A DNA stretch of 64,000 bases. Origin: Eledone cirrhosa. Its lineage: Eukaryota. The notes under the pieces are model-generated. The model did not search any database. It saw only the letters and a program-made list of their open reading frames with translations, and was not told the origin of the DNA. The position numbers and the translations under genes were made by a program. Below, piece after piece: positions 39,476 to 53,065 of the stretch (positions are counted from its first letter, which is position 1; each line of letters begins with the position of its first letter). The DNA is taken from assembly GCA_964016885.1 (NCBI GenBank), contig OZ024740.1, positions 238,204,001-238,268,000 of the forward strand. The letters run 5' to 3'.

Positions 39476-40115
39476 TAATATGACAACACCCATAGTGTTG
39501 TACTTCTGGCAATTCTGCTGAATACACTGCCAAGGATGAACCTTTTCCCCTCGGCGTCAGATATCCCATTCGATTTCCGCCGATCCCAATTCCCGGTGAG
39601 ACCATGTTTTGCCATGTCCATTAACAAGTCACAAGGGCAAACATTGTCGGTGGTGGGCATCCATTTGGGGGAGCCATGCTTCTGCCATGGCCAACTTTAT
39701 TTTGCCTGTTCCCACGTAGGAGCAGGAATGGACTTTTTGCTTACACTCCTCAAGGGATGACACGCAATATCGTCTACAAAAAGGTGCTAGAGATGTTGGT
39801 GCAGGTGTTGGAGGTGTTGGAGCTATGCCGTCTGGAAAACTATTTCCTGGTAGGGTCACCCATAGCGGACAGATCTGACACCCAGCGGCATCAGGGCCAC
39901 CATCTTGCAACTTTGGTCTGCTAAATTCGCTATTGGAAGATTATTAACCCATCATTGATTGTCCAAAATGCTAATTGGTTCGTAACTATTAATAACCGGT
40001 TCAACTGCTTTATGCACTTAATTGTTAAGCTTATTCGCTTTCAAGCTACATTTACCTGTATGTAACTTTTCATAGCAAATGAACAAACCTGAGCAACACC
40101 GGGCTAAATTGCTAG
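39476..40115 (+). mobile_element. Helitron 3' end (PIF1-like helicase C-terminus)
   Basis: FRRSQFPVRPCFAMSINKSQGQTL...HGQLYFACS; subterminal hairpin CCTG...CGGG then CTAG|T at 40112-40116. Confidence 0.85.
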
Positions 40116-41482
40116 TATATATATATACACACACACACATACACGCACACACACATATATATATATAGAAGTGGTTACACAACAGTTAGTTCACCATACC
40201 GAGAATATGGGGAACTAACTGTTGTGTAACCACTTCTACCTAACTCATCCCATCGACTGAGTGCTCTACCACTACGGATATTACCTTCCAGTGTTCTACC
40301 ACTATATATATATATCATCATCATCTTCGTTTAACGTCCATCTTCCATGCTAGCATGGGTTAGACATGGGTTAGATAGATATATATATATATATATAGAA
40401 GTGGTTACACAACAGTTAGTTCACTATACCGACAACAATTGTTTCACCTTAGCGGATCCTCAGCAAACAATTGTTCTCGGTATGGTGAACTAACTGTTGT
40501 GTAACTACTTCTACCTAACTCGTCCCATGGACTGAGTACTTTATCACTACAGATATTACCTTCCAGTGTTCTACTATATATATCATCATCATCATCATCA
40601 TTTCATTTTACGTCCGCGTTTTCCCTGCTTGCAAGTGTAGGACGGGAACTGATTCTGGCTTGATTTCTACAGCTGGATGCCCTTCCTAACACCAACCTCA
40701 TTTACAGTGAGTGCTGGGCTTTTTATCCGTGGCACCTGCACGACCACTTTGCAGTGGAATGATAGGGACCCCAGTCCCTATCATCTCATTTCTACAGCTG
40801 AGTAAACTGGAGCAATGTGAAATAAAGTGTCTTGCTCAAGGAAACAACACATCACCCGGTCTGAGAATTGAACTCACAACCTTTCGATTGCAAGGCCAAT
40901 GCTCTAACCACTAAGCCATGTGCCTCCATATATATACATATATATATATATATGTATATATATATTTGTTTGTTTTTGTAATGTGGTGTGTGTGTTTTAG
41001 TTTGTTTGTTATAGGTGTTTTTGTGGTGGGTAATTAAAAAAACAGAATATAGTATTAGTGGCTTTCAATCAGGAATTTAGAGAGGGATTATTTTTGGAAA
41101 CTATGTGTAGGAATAATTTCTTTTTTATTTTGAGGTGTGTATGTGTTTGAGAGAGAGAGAGTGAGAGAGTGTATATGTGTGTATATGTATGTCAGGTCAC
41201 CAGTTGGTGCTACTGGTAACATGTATTCCAGTACAATCTGTCCCATGGTCGGGTTGTTGGCGACTAAACTGTCAACGCCACCAAGGTTTCTTGGTGAGGA
41301 GGGTGACTTTGGACATCCTGCAGGACTAAAAACAAAACCTGTCAAAGGGCAAAGGAGCTCTTAAGAGTCAATGGCCATGCAAAATCACCGGGAGAGATTA
41401 CCCCTTAGCCTTTGTCAAGGCAGAATTCTAGGAGAATTAAAACTCTGATATAACACCTGCAACTCTGATGGTATCCAATGAT

Positions 41483-41790
41483 GTTCTTTTTGGTAAATAT
41501 CATCTTGGTTAAGAGAGTGGGACTGGCTTTGTGCAGTGCCTTTGCTCACTATAAAAGCTTCACGGCACAGGCATTGCTTTATATCTGGAGATCTCTCTGC
41601 ACTTGTCGTCACATGATACCATGGGCCCAGCACTATGTGTCAATAATTGTCACAGGTGTAGTGTTTGTACCAGAGTTTTCAAGTCGCTGGCTAGACTAAA
41701 AAGTCACACTTGTTCAGCGCATCGGTAGGAGTTCTCCTACATGGATATAAAGTACTGGTCGTACTCGAAAATGAGTTGGCAGCCACCACC
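41483..41790. repeat. Dispersed ~300-bp repeat, nearly identical to 49273-49590; diverged relatives at 45040-45420 and 45600-45915
   Basis: Direct sequence identity (the same pseudo-ORFs appear twice in the track). Confidence 0.8.
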
Positions 41791-41815
41791 ATATATATAT
41801 ATATACACTTACATA

Positions 41816-42010
41816 GGTCCTTATGAATAATCTAATGGGGTGATTACATATTTAATTTTGGTTTAAATCTCTTAAGGAATAGTTTTTCTTTATTTATTCT
41901 TTGTTGTTGTGTGAAAGAATCTAAAGAATAAATAAAGAAAAACTATTCCTTAACAGATTTAAACCAAAATTAAATATGTAATCACCCCTATTAGATTATT
42001 CATAAGGACC
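41816..42010. repeat. Near-perfect 195-bp palindrome (about 87-bp arms, 20-bp spacer)
   Basis: GGTCCTTATGAATAATC...TTTATTCTTT / AAAGAATAAA...GATTATTCATAAGGACC. Confidence 0.9.
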
Positions 42011-42180
42011 CATTGACTAAGCACATAAACATGTACAGACAGATCGATACATTTGCATACATACGCGTGTGTGTGTGTGTGCATATACATATATACATAT
42101 ATACTTATATAATCAAGGTTTAGCAAATAAGAAAAAGTTTCAAAATAAATTTAAAAAAATTCACTGTACTTACTATGGTT

Positions 42181-42267
42181 ACCTTTACCGAAACGGTTTC
42201 GAGTCTCAAAAATAAATGGATAGTCTTTGCGGGCCTCCATTGAAAAGATAAAGTCTCGTCAGAAGGT
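42181..42267 (-). ncRNA. Type I hammerhead motif (copy of 22269-22355)
   Basis: ACCTT-CTGACGA-GACTT...GACTC-GAAA-CCG-TTT-CGG-TA-AAGGT; one stem II mismatch. Confidence 0.7.
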
Positions 42268-42367
42268 TCTTTTCACTCAGAGAATATAAAATTCCCGAGT
42301 TCGAATTACAAACTGCCGCTATTCAAAATTGTTCCCGAGATGTATATATATATATACACACACACAT

Positions 42368-42410
<43 letters not shown>

Positions 42411-42771
42411 CAGACACACACACCACAATATAAAAAATAAATTATTCCTACCCATATTTTCCAAAAATAACCCTGTCCAAATTCCTGAATGAAAGCCATC
42501 GGTAGAGAGTCGGACGCCATGCTTTGACGCATAGAGTTACGGCCCTTGCCAATCTGAGTTCAAATCCTGCCGAGGTTAACTTTGCCTTTCATCCTTACGG
42601 CGTCGATAAAATAAAGTACCAGTAATGCACTGGGTAATTGCTGGCCTTGTGCCAAATGTAGAAACAATTATTAATACTATACTCTGTTTTTTTAAATACC
42701 CACCACAAAAACATCTGTAACAAACAATCAAACTAAAACACACACACCACACTACAAAAACAAACAAATAT

Positions 42772-42804
<33 letters not shown>

Positions 42805-43850
42805 GATTAACGTCCATCTTCCATGCTAGCATGGATTGGACAGATCCTATTTTGAGGCATGTTGTGTTGGGTGACTGTGTCTCACTTATATAGAGATGTT
42901 TCTGGCTGGTTTTCTACGGCTGGATGTACTTCCTAATGCCAACCACATTTACAGTGTAGGCTGGGTGCTTTTTGCCATGTCTTTTACACGTCCACTTTAC
43001 AGTGTGGGCTAGATGTTTTTTGCCATGTCTTTTACATATCCACTTTACAGTGTAGGGTAGGTGTTTTTTCCCATGCCTTTTACACGTCCACTTTACAGTG
43101 TCAGCTGGGTGCTTTTTGCCATGTCTTTTACACATTCACTTTACAGTACACATATGTACAGTATGCTGGGGGAAGGGCATACTGTACATATGCTTCAGCT
43201 TGTGTTCGTGGGAAGTCAGGTCTTCTGTATTACTGCATATCACCAGAGATTCCGGTCATGTGTCATCTCCTCTGAGAGGTGCAATTGGGCAAGGTTGGCT
43301 TTTATTACATCATCCCAAGTCTTCCCAGGTCTCTCCACTTCAAGGCTTCCAATGACTTTGAGCGCTCTGCACTTTTTTACGCAGCTGTCATTCTTCATAC
43401 ACAACACATGCCCATACCAACGCAATCTCCTGCACACAGCATTTGATTGCTCTTATGTCTAGTTTCTCTCTCAGTTCATTTATGCTTCACCGTTCTTGCA
43501 TATTACTATTACACATCCATCAGAGCATGCAGGCTTCATTTCTCTCCAATCTACACAAGTCTTCTTCACAGAGTGCCCAAGTCTCACTACCATGTAACAT
43601 AGTTGTTGCACGCATGCATCATACAGTCTCCCTGAGGGAGAAGCCTTTTGTAGCCATCAGTGGTAAGTAGCTCCCTGAACTTCTTCCATCCTGTTCTTAC
43701 TCTGGTTATTGTACTTTCAGAACACCCACCACCACTGCTAATTCGGTCACCTAAGTAGCAGAAGCTATCTACTGTTTCTACAGAACCCTCTAAGAATTTG
43801 GTAGCATTTGTTTCCTGCGGTCGTTAAACTTCCTGAGATCCCACTACATC
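42772..43850 (-). mobile_element. Degenerate RTE LINE 3' portion
   Basis: RRLRWYGHVLCMKNDSCVKKC...PGKTWDD, tandem UTR repeats, (GAT)n tail. Confidence 0.8.
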
Positions 43851-44171
43851 TAACTTTTGATCCCATCACACTTACAATAAGACACACACACACGCGTGTG
43901 TGTATGTACCTACACACACACTTATATATATGTTTATATACACACTCATACTTTCTAAAACCATATTCCTAAAATAGAATTTCTTTTGCTATCCTATTCT
44001 TTTGACAATCCCATTTACCTCTCTCCCCTATAGCAATTGTCTATAGCTTACATTTCCCCTCTTCGCCACCCCCATCTGAACTGTTGGCCAGTCCTTGAAC
44101 ACAATTCAGATACATGTCCTCTCCCTAAAAATAATTTTGTTCTGTGAAAAGACACAACTACCACTAGCACT

Positions 44172-44222
<51 letters not shown>

Positions 44223-46598
44223 ACTACTACTACTACTACCTCTCTCTATATATATAAGATTCCATTTTAGACCCAGTCTTCTTCTCAACAAGAAAGATGA
44301 ACAGACCTTCTTCAACACTTAATTTTAAATTTTAAATTCTTAATTCTTTTTAATTCTTTTTAATTGTAATATTCAACATTTGATAAGATGGATTACACTG
44401 ATACATCCAAACTAGTTATATTTTATATATTTTATATACATTATAATAAATGTATTTTTAAATAAATCCATTTTTAAATAAAATTGTTCCTCTCATTTTT
44501 TCAATAATTGTTTCTACACAAGGCCAGCAATTACCCAGTGCATTACTGGTACTTTATTTTATCGACCCTGTAAGGATGAAAGGCAAAGTTAACCTTGGCG
44601 GGATTTGAACTCAGAATGGCAAGGGCCGTAACTCTATACGTCAAAGCATGGCGTCCGACCCTCTACCAATACTGCCAATCCACCGCCCTCATTTTTTCAA
44701 TAATGTCACTTTGATGAATCAAAGAAGAAAAAAAAAAAAACAGATCCTTTAAATATATTTTTCGTGCTATTTCCAATTGCACTTTTTCTCTATAACCTCT
44801 GTTTATATGTATATATATACATATATGTGTGTGTGTGTGTGTGCAAATAAGCAGCCAATAGCAACTTATCTTTCTGTCTCTAAGGGTTTTTATTCCATTT
44901 TATAAGCTATTTTATGGCATCTTTGTGCATGAGCACACCATTTTATAAAGTTATATATAATAGAGAGAGAGAGAGTGAATGAGTGAGAAAAAGAGAGAGG
45001 TAGTGAGAGAAACTTATAGAATTATGGGTCTAAGAATGTTACTGTTTTGTGAAAGACCTCTAGTTCTTGTTAAGATATCATTCTAGGAGAAGGAAAACTG
45101 ATGTAAAACCTGTGACTCAATGGCAGCCAATGATGTTGACTTGTTCTTCTTTTTGGATACCTGTCACTGTTGTTCAGAGAGTGGGATTGGCTCTGTGCAA
45201 TCCTTTCTTCAGTTAAAAAACGCTTCAAGTACAAGCATCACTTGATCTAAATGACTTTCATGTGTGTTGCGTGAGCATGGCCTTTTCTAATTTCTTTTGC
45301 TGCAGCATATGCAGAAAGGAATCTAAGTCCTTGATAGAGCTAAAACATCAGGTTCATGCCACCCATGTACGAGAAAAAGGCTAAGGAATGGCAATTCTCG
45401 AAACTGAGATGCAACCATTATGTATGTATGAATGTATGTATGTATGTATGCATGGTCAGGTCATTAGCAAATCCACCAAGCTTGCTTGGTAAGGAGTGTA
45501 ATGTTGGAGACCCAGCAGAATGAAAAACAGAACCTGTCAAAGGAACGGAGAGTCAATGGCCATCCAATAAATTTTTTTTTTTTCTGGAGAGACTCCTAGT
45601 CTTCTTTAAGACATCTCTCTAGGAGAAGGTCACTGATATAATACCTGTGATTTCATTTGCATCCAATGATGTAGACCAGTTCTACTTTTGAGGTAAATGC
45701 ATGCGATGTTCAGAGAGTGGGATTGGTCCTGTGCAAAGCCTTTCCTCACTTAAAAAAGCTTCAAGCACAGGCATCACTTGATATGTGACATTTTGTGCGA
45801 TGCATGGTATTGCTGGCCATAGGCAAGTCCCTAGCAGGACTAAAAAGTCAGGTCTGTGATGCTCATGCTTAAGTATCAAGTGATGGCATTACTCAAAATC
45901 ATGTTGCAGCCATCATGTATGTGTGTATGTATGTAATGCAACTGTTTCAAACCAAACAAAAAGAACTAATAAGGAAGTAGGAAAGGTCTTTAATAAAAGA
46001 AAAAGGTCAAACTGGGGCACAGTTATGTTTTGAATATAACATGCTTGAAAGAATAACTGATCCTTATTTATACAAATATATATATATATTTATGTATGAA
46101 GTTAAACCTACAGTTAATAGTCACCTCTTAACCAAATATGCACCCCACCCCACTACCCCTATTCCATCCTCCCACTTCCACCCACACCACCCTTTCTCTG
46201 TAAAATTATGTTGGTACCACAGAACATCCAGTCCACACTAAAGTGGTCGAGTAAGAGACACAGTAAAAAGGCTCCCAGTCCACCCTGTAAATGCGGTTGG
46301 TGTTAGGAAGGGCATCTAGCCATAGAAAACCTGCCAGAAACAGTCCTATACGAGTGAGATATGGTCATCCAACCAATCTTGCCTCAAGTGGGACAATTCT
46401 CATCTAACCCATGCTATCATGAAAGATGAACATTAAACGATGATTATGATGATGAGTTCATTGGTTCATTGGTTCACCAGTTTCAGCATTCGATGCCTAA
46501 GTGAGTCAGGTTGCCGGTGTGCTCTTGTATTTTTGGTATTACACCATAGTCAGTATCCTTAAGAAGCAGAGTGTTAATAATATTATATATATTCATAG

Positions 46599-46703
46599 GA
46601 AAATGGAAAAACTCAGCATAAGGAAGCTGTTAAAACAGCAAAATGCCATTGAAACAGTATTGGGTAAAACATTACCTTGGAGGACAGAAATCAGCAGTTT
46701 GAA
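46599..46703 (+). CDS. Candidate internal exon of an unidentified host gene (KMEKLSIRKLLKQQNAIETVLGKTLPWRTEISSLK)
   Basis: TTCATAG| acceptor, |GTGAGT donor, 105 nt open, phase 2-2, non-repetitive context. Confidence 0.5.
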
Positions 46704-46955
46704 GTGAGTTAACTCGAAGAATTGATAGGAAGGAAGAAATAGAATGGCTGAGAGGAGATCACTATCATTAAAATTCACTCATCAGCTTTCAGACCACTTG
46801 TAGTTTCAATGATTTGACTGAAAGAACAGCGAAGGATAGGTGGCATGTAACAATGGAGAAATAAATATTTTCATTGGTATAATGTTTATGTTTGGACAGA
46901 ACAAGGATAAACTGTTGTTATAATGTTCTTGTGATGCTTGGATGTTTTTCTTAAG

Positions 46956-47008
46956 GAAATCCACTTCTCCAAAAATGTATGTTTTTAATGTCCCTGATGA
47001 TACAAAAG
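46956..47008 (+). CDS. Candidate next exon (KSTSPKMYVFNVPDDTK)
   Basis: TTTTTCTTAAG| acceptor, AG|GTATGT donor; open in the frame that continues the previous exon. Confidence 0.5.
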
Positions 47009-48442
47009 GTATGTAAAGTTATGTGTTTGGGTGGTTTATTCATGTTTATGCTCAGGTCTTAGAATATACATTTATTTCATTTCTATGAAGCAATTTAATG
47101 AAAGTTTTCCATTTATGAAGCAATTTAATGAAAGTTTCACATTTTATTTGTTTTAAATTTCTTCATAATTCATGTATTTATTATATATATATATATATAT
47201 ATATAATGGACATTTTAATAACAAACTTTTGTGGTTGTGAAAACAATGTTTTCAAATGCTTTTCCATAAATTCGGTAATGAATAAAATCATGTAAACAAA
47301 TGATTTCTATTCAAAAATAATGAATGGAAAATTAAGGTAACGAGGTATAATACAATTTGATGCCTCGCACTCACTCAACTTTATATCCTGATAAATTTCT
47401 AAAATAATTTATACTTTTTAATGAAAATTTGCAGCGATACATTTTCTATAATGTAGATTGCACTTATGTAATAAAATAAAAATAATGAATTAAATACATT
47501 TTTACTACTATTATTTATGCAAATTCTCTGTTCATTAATGATCTCATTTACTGAATTCTTTAGTAGGCTAAACATAAACTTGGAAATCTTTTCATCATAA
47601 CTTCCAATTTCATGTTGATATTGAGTAACTTTGTGTTGATAATGAATAATATCAAGTAGGATAATGTCATAGACTTTCTACAGGCATCCAATATCATTTC
47701 TACATTTATAAATTGTGAACAAAATTTTTATTTTTTATTTTAAATTTCATCATAATCTAAACCTTCAAAAGAGAATATAAAATATACATCATTGAGAAAG
47801 CTATGAGGTAACACATTTGAGAGGGCTCTAAACGGAAGCCATAATTGTAATGAAAGGTCTCTTGGGATCATTCACACAAATTCTATGTATATATAGCTTT
47901 GAATTATTTTCCTTTGTTCACACTCTTCTGCTAATAATGAGTCAAGTAAGATCAAATAGAAATAAACAATTTATAAACTTTTTTTATATTTGCATTTTTT
48001 TTATTTATAATTTCTGTTAACTTTTAAATGAATTCTTTTTGTTCAGGCTTTTGGTATTAATTGTGGGTAAAGAAAAATTGTCTCTTAATACATATATTTT
48101 AATTGATGTGGTAACAAATTTTACCAAAGAGACCACTTTATATATATATCATCATCATCATCATTGTTTAATGTCTATCTTCCATGCTAGCATGGGTTAG
48201 ATAGGTAATATATATATATATTATATATATTACCCATCCTTCTTTCATCCTTACGGCACTTTGCCTTTCATCCTTACGGGGTCGATAAAATAAAGTACCA
48301 GTAATGTACTGGGTAAATTGCTGGCCTTGTGCCAAAAGTAGAAACAATTATATATATATATTACCCGTCGGGTAATATACATATATAATATGTTATATAT
48401 ATATATATATATATATACATATGTAAATACATGTGTGTGTGT

Positions 48443-49095
48443 GTTTAACATGCAGTTTAACTAAAAACATAGGCTTTACATGTAGCGGTTGCACCAAGAC
48501 TGTAGGCAGCAAACAACCACAGGAAACAAGTGCTATCAAATTCCGGGAAGGTTCAGTAGAAGCAGTAAACAGCTTCTGCTTCTTGGGTACCAAATTAGCA
48601 GCAGAGATGGGTGTTCTGAAAGTACGGTAGCCAGAATGAGAATGGGTTGGAAGAAGTTCAGGGAGCTACTATCACTGCTAGCTACAAAAGGCCTTTCCCT
48701 CAAATTGAAAGGCTGACTGCATGATGCGTGCATACAAACAGCAATGTTGCATGGCAGTGAGACCTGGGCGCTGTGTGCAGAAGACTTTCAAAGATTGGAA
48801 AGAAATTATGCTTGCATGCTCCAATGGATGTGTGTTAGTAATAAACGTGAATGGCAAAGTATAAATGAACTGAGAGAGAAACTAGGTATAAGAGGAATCA
48901 GATGCAGTGTGCAGGCAAAGAGATTTCACTGGTATGAGCATGTGATGTGTATGAAGGATAACAGCCGTATAAAAAGGTGCAGAGCACTCAAAGTTAATGG
49001 AAGTCGTGGAGTGGGGAGACCCAGGAAGGCTTGAGATGAGATGATAACAGCTGACCTTGCCCAATTGCACCACTCAAAGGCGATGTCACAGAATG
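48443..49095 (+). mobile_element. RTE LINE fragment
   Basis: MLHGSETWALCAEDFQRLERN...GRPRKA. Confidence 0.8.
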
Positions 49096-49096
49096 C

Positions 49097-49234
49097 TTAA
49101 CCAAGCACAAAGCCTTCATCACCCTTAAGGATCATAAATCTGACTTTACTAATAACCCCACAGGCAGGCTTATAAACCCTGCACATACAGAGTTAGGACT
49201 AGTTAACAAGACAATACTCTGAAATATAATTAAG
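49097..49234 (+). pseudogene. Short Penelope-like RT N-terminal fragment
   Basis: Manual translation LTKHKAFITLKDHKSDFTNNPTGRLINPAHTELGLVNKTIL* (LKDHK...RLINP motif). Confidence 0.65.
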
Positions 49235-49683
49235 ACCATAAGGAAGATATATGTGTGTGTGTATGTATGTATGTATGTATGTATTCTTTTTGGTAAATAT
49301 CATCTTGGTTAAGAGAGTGGGACTGGCTTTGTGCAGTGCCTTTGCTCACTATAAAAGCTTCACGGCACAGGCATTGCTTTATATCTGGAGATCTCTCTGC
49401 ACTTGTTGTCACATGGTACCATGGGCCCAGCACTATGTGTCAATAATTGTCACAAGTGTAGTGTTTGTACCAGAGTTTTCAAGTCGCTGGCTGGACTAAA
49501 AAGTCACACTCGTTCAGCGCATCGGTAGGGGTTCTCCTACATGGATATAAAGTAGTGGCCGTTCTCGAAAATGAGTTGGCAGCCACCATGTATGTATGTA
49601 TGTATGTAATTGTGCGTGTATGTGGGAAAATTATTCTAATTAGAATAGCAGGCATATACATATATTAACAGATCCGACACATT

Positions 49684-51830
49684 CTCTTCTTCTTCTTCTT
49701 CTTCTTCTTCTTCTTCTTCTTCTTCTTCTTCTTCTTCTTCTTTTTCTTCTTCTCTTTCTTCGCCCACTTATTCCTGGGCGGGTCAGGGGGGCAGAGTCCT
49801 CAAACACTCATTCCGGCGGGTCTTGTCAAAAGCAGTCGTCTCCAATTATTCCGGCTGGATCCCCAAGCGTGACCAGCCAAGCTCATGGATGCTATCCAAC
49901 ATCTTACTCAGGGTTTATCCCTGGGTCTCCTGCCAGTTGGTTTTGCCTGTAAAATCTGTCCAGTGATTCTTTCCTAAGACATTCTAACCACATGTCCATA
50001 GTGTCGGAGCTGTGATCTCTCAATTCAGAGAAGTAGTGGCTCTGCCTGGAGTAACTCTCTGATCGCCAAACTACACTCTTTATCAAGTAACGTTACTCCA
50101 AAGGCCCTTCGGAGGAACCTTTTTTCGGCCCCTTGTATTTGCAATCGTATTCTTTTGGTTATTACCCCAGATTCATGGCCATAGGTTAGGGTTGGCACAG
50201 AAACCAAATTGAAGACAGTGAGTTTGGCATACCTCCCTCCTTCTGATTAGTGAATGCTGAAGCTGGCGCATTACTGCACCAGCTTTTGCCATTCTTGCAC
50301 TTACTTCAGCCTCCTGTCTTCCATCACTCATGAACATGGCCCTGAAATACTTCTTTACCTACTTCAGTGGAATTCCATTCACATGTAGTGAGCTCTGTGC
50401 AGGTTTCCTTAAGAGGATGAGTGTCTTTGTTTTTGCAGCACTGATTTTCTTTCCATCCATTCAGCACTCAGCATAAAACCTATCAAGTGCAAGGCGAAGA
50501 TCATCTTCTGTCGAGTTGAGTAACACTATGTCGTCTGCAAATTCCAGCCACTTGATTTTACACCCGCCAGTCATGATACCACATCCAAGCTGGCTGTGCA
50601 TGTCAATTCTGTTCATGTAAATAATGAACAGGAGAGATGACAGTATGTACCCTTGACTGAGTCCAATTCCCACTTTGAATGGTTTCGATTTAGCACCATT
50701 TATCCAAACACAAATACTCGGGCACTCATATAGAGATATCAGAGCAGCAAGAAGCTGACCTTCAATCCCATACTCCTGCAGAATCTTCCACAGCAGGTAC
50801 CAAGAAATGTGGTCATATGCCTTCTCAAGGTCGACAAAACAAAATTACATCTTTTGGGAATACTCCCGTGATTTCTCGAATACCTGCCTCAGTGTGAATA
50901 TTTGGTCTGCTGTGCTGTATCCAGGGCGAAAACTACACTGTTCATCAGCTAGCTTGGACTCAACAATCTACCTGCATCTGTTTACCAGACACTTAGCACA
51001 GACTTTACCAGTGAAGTTTAACAAGGAGATCCCTCTGTAATTGGAACAATCTTTCTTGTCTCCCTTTTTGAAAATTGAGATTATCACTCCCAATTGCCAT
51101 TGCTTAGGTACCCTTACAGAGATTCAGGCCACCTGGCACACACAAGTCAACCAGAGAATGCGTTCTCTATTTAAGGCTTTTAACATCTCGGGCCAGATTT
51201 CATCTTCCCAGCAGCTTTGCCGCATTTGAGTTCTTTGACAGCTCTTGTGTTCTCAACCTCTGACAGATTAGTCACCGCTCCCAGATGTACCTTGTGTACA
51301 TCTGAAGATGCTATTGTGATCATGTTAGGAGATCAGCAAAGTATTCTCTCCACCTCACGAGGATTCACCTCTCTGAAGAGAGGAGAACCCCAGTTACGTT
51401 CTTTATAACACGTGTGGAGGAGGGCTTATTATTACAAAGTCGGCAGATGGTCTACCAGAACACATTATTTGCTGATCTGATTCCAGCTTAACCCCAAATC
51501 CTCCCATGTCTTAACTTTGGATGCTTTTACTGTCTCTGCTGCAATTGTTCATGCCTGCTTGTACCGCAAGTGCAAGAAGGAGGACTTAGTTCCAAGCCAA
51601 GCTTTGTAAGCCTGCTTCTTTCTTTGCTTGGATGGCATTTTTAACCTCTTGATTGAACCAAGGAGTCTTCCTGCTATTCAGCACCACACCAAGCCTCTTT
51701 AGTCTACAGCATTTAACAGCTGAAGCAGAAATTGCTATGCTGAACAATATTCACTCCATCTCAATGTCTTCAGTTTGCTCAGGGAGTTCTCTCAACTTGA
51801 ATATATACCCAGCTTGCTGTTTTCTAAGAA
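49684..51830 (-). mobile_element. Degenerate RTE/BovB-like LINE with (GAA)n tail
   Basis: FVDLEKAYDH, GLSQGYILSSLLFIIYM, LEFADDIVLL, VPTLTYGHES. Confidence 0.85.
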
Positions 51831-52422
51831 TAATATGCATAGTACACACACATACTCACACACAGACACACACACACACACATATACACCACACACAAAC
51901 GTGCACACATACATGCACAAGCACACACACATACACATACACATACACAGATATATATATATATATATGTGTGTGTGTACACATACACACACACACAGAC
52001 ATACACACAAACTGACATCTGTACACATACACAACCAATTATTTGTATGTATATGTAGTGGTGTGTGTCATTAGCTGAAATGCATACACATATACTCAGA
52101 TAGGCTGGCAGCTTAGAGAACACCCACTCATAAACACATGATGCTATGTCACTTCACACACATACACACACTAACACAGGCAGTGTCATTTACATTAATC
52201 ACCTTTAACAAATTGCTACAGTAATTTAGAAATGAAACTATAGTAGTAGAAGTGGTTATTGATTTAATTTTTAATTCAATGTCAGTCATTAGTTAAGTGT
52301 TGACATCATTACACTGCTAATTACCACAACAACAGCAATAACAAAACAACAATTATACAGCTGTGCGCTAATGAGGGATCCTCTATACATTTGCTCAAAA
52401 TTGTTACAAATAGCATCTAAAC

Positions 52423-53065
52423 CAGGGGCGTGCAACAGGCAGCCCGTGGGCCACAATCCGGCCCGCCAGACCAGTCAGAGTGGCCCGCGATGACTGTTTT
52501 TAATTTTTACCTTGTAAGCTTATTTAGAATTTTTTTCGTAACCGTAATACAATTTTCTATTAGTTGACCTATACTAAAGGGCTTCACTGATAGGGTTATG
52601 TGTGTTATAATTACCCAGCTCCATGTTATAGAAAGAAGTTGTGGTGAATCTTTGGAATAGTGCTTAATAAATATTAATGGCCCTAATAGTTGTTCTGATA
52701 GGGTTGTGTGTGTTATAATTTCCCAGTTCCATGTTATAGAAAGAAGTTGTGGTGAATCTTTGGAATAGTGCTTAATAAATATTAATGGCCCTAATAGTTG
52801 TTCTGATAGGGTTGTGTGTGTTATAATTTCCCAGTTCCATGTTATAGAAAGAAGTTGTGGTGAATCTTTGGAATAGTGCTTAATAAATATTAATGGCCCT
52901 AATAGTTGTTCTGATAGGGTTATGTGTGTTATAATTTCCCAGTTCCATGTTATAGAAAGAAGTTGTGGTGAATCTTTGGAATAGTGCTTAATAAATATTA
53001 ATGGCCCTAATAGTTATTCCAATGTTCAAAAGTGGCCTGCCAATGGAATATGTTGCACACCCCTG
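52423..53065. mobile_element. hAT MITE containing 4 x 108-bp tandem repeat (52587-53018)
   Basis: TIRs CAGGGGCGTGCAACA / TGTTGCACACCCCTG, 8-bp TSD ATCTAAAC. Confidence 0.9.

Noticed and set aside
46995-47020. CTGATGATAC...GTA as a hammerhead
   Set aside because: No GAAA; better explained as an exon end with a GTATGT donor
52587-53018. Regular array that might look like CRISPR
   Set aside because: Whole 108-bp units are repeated with no unique spacers; eukaryotic context inside a MITE
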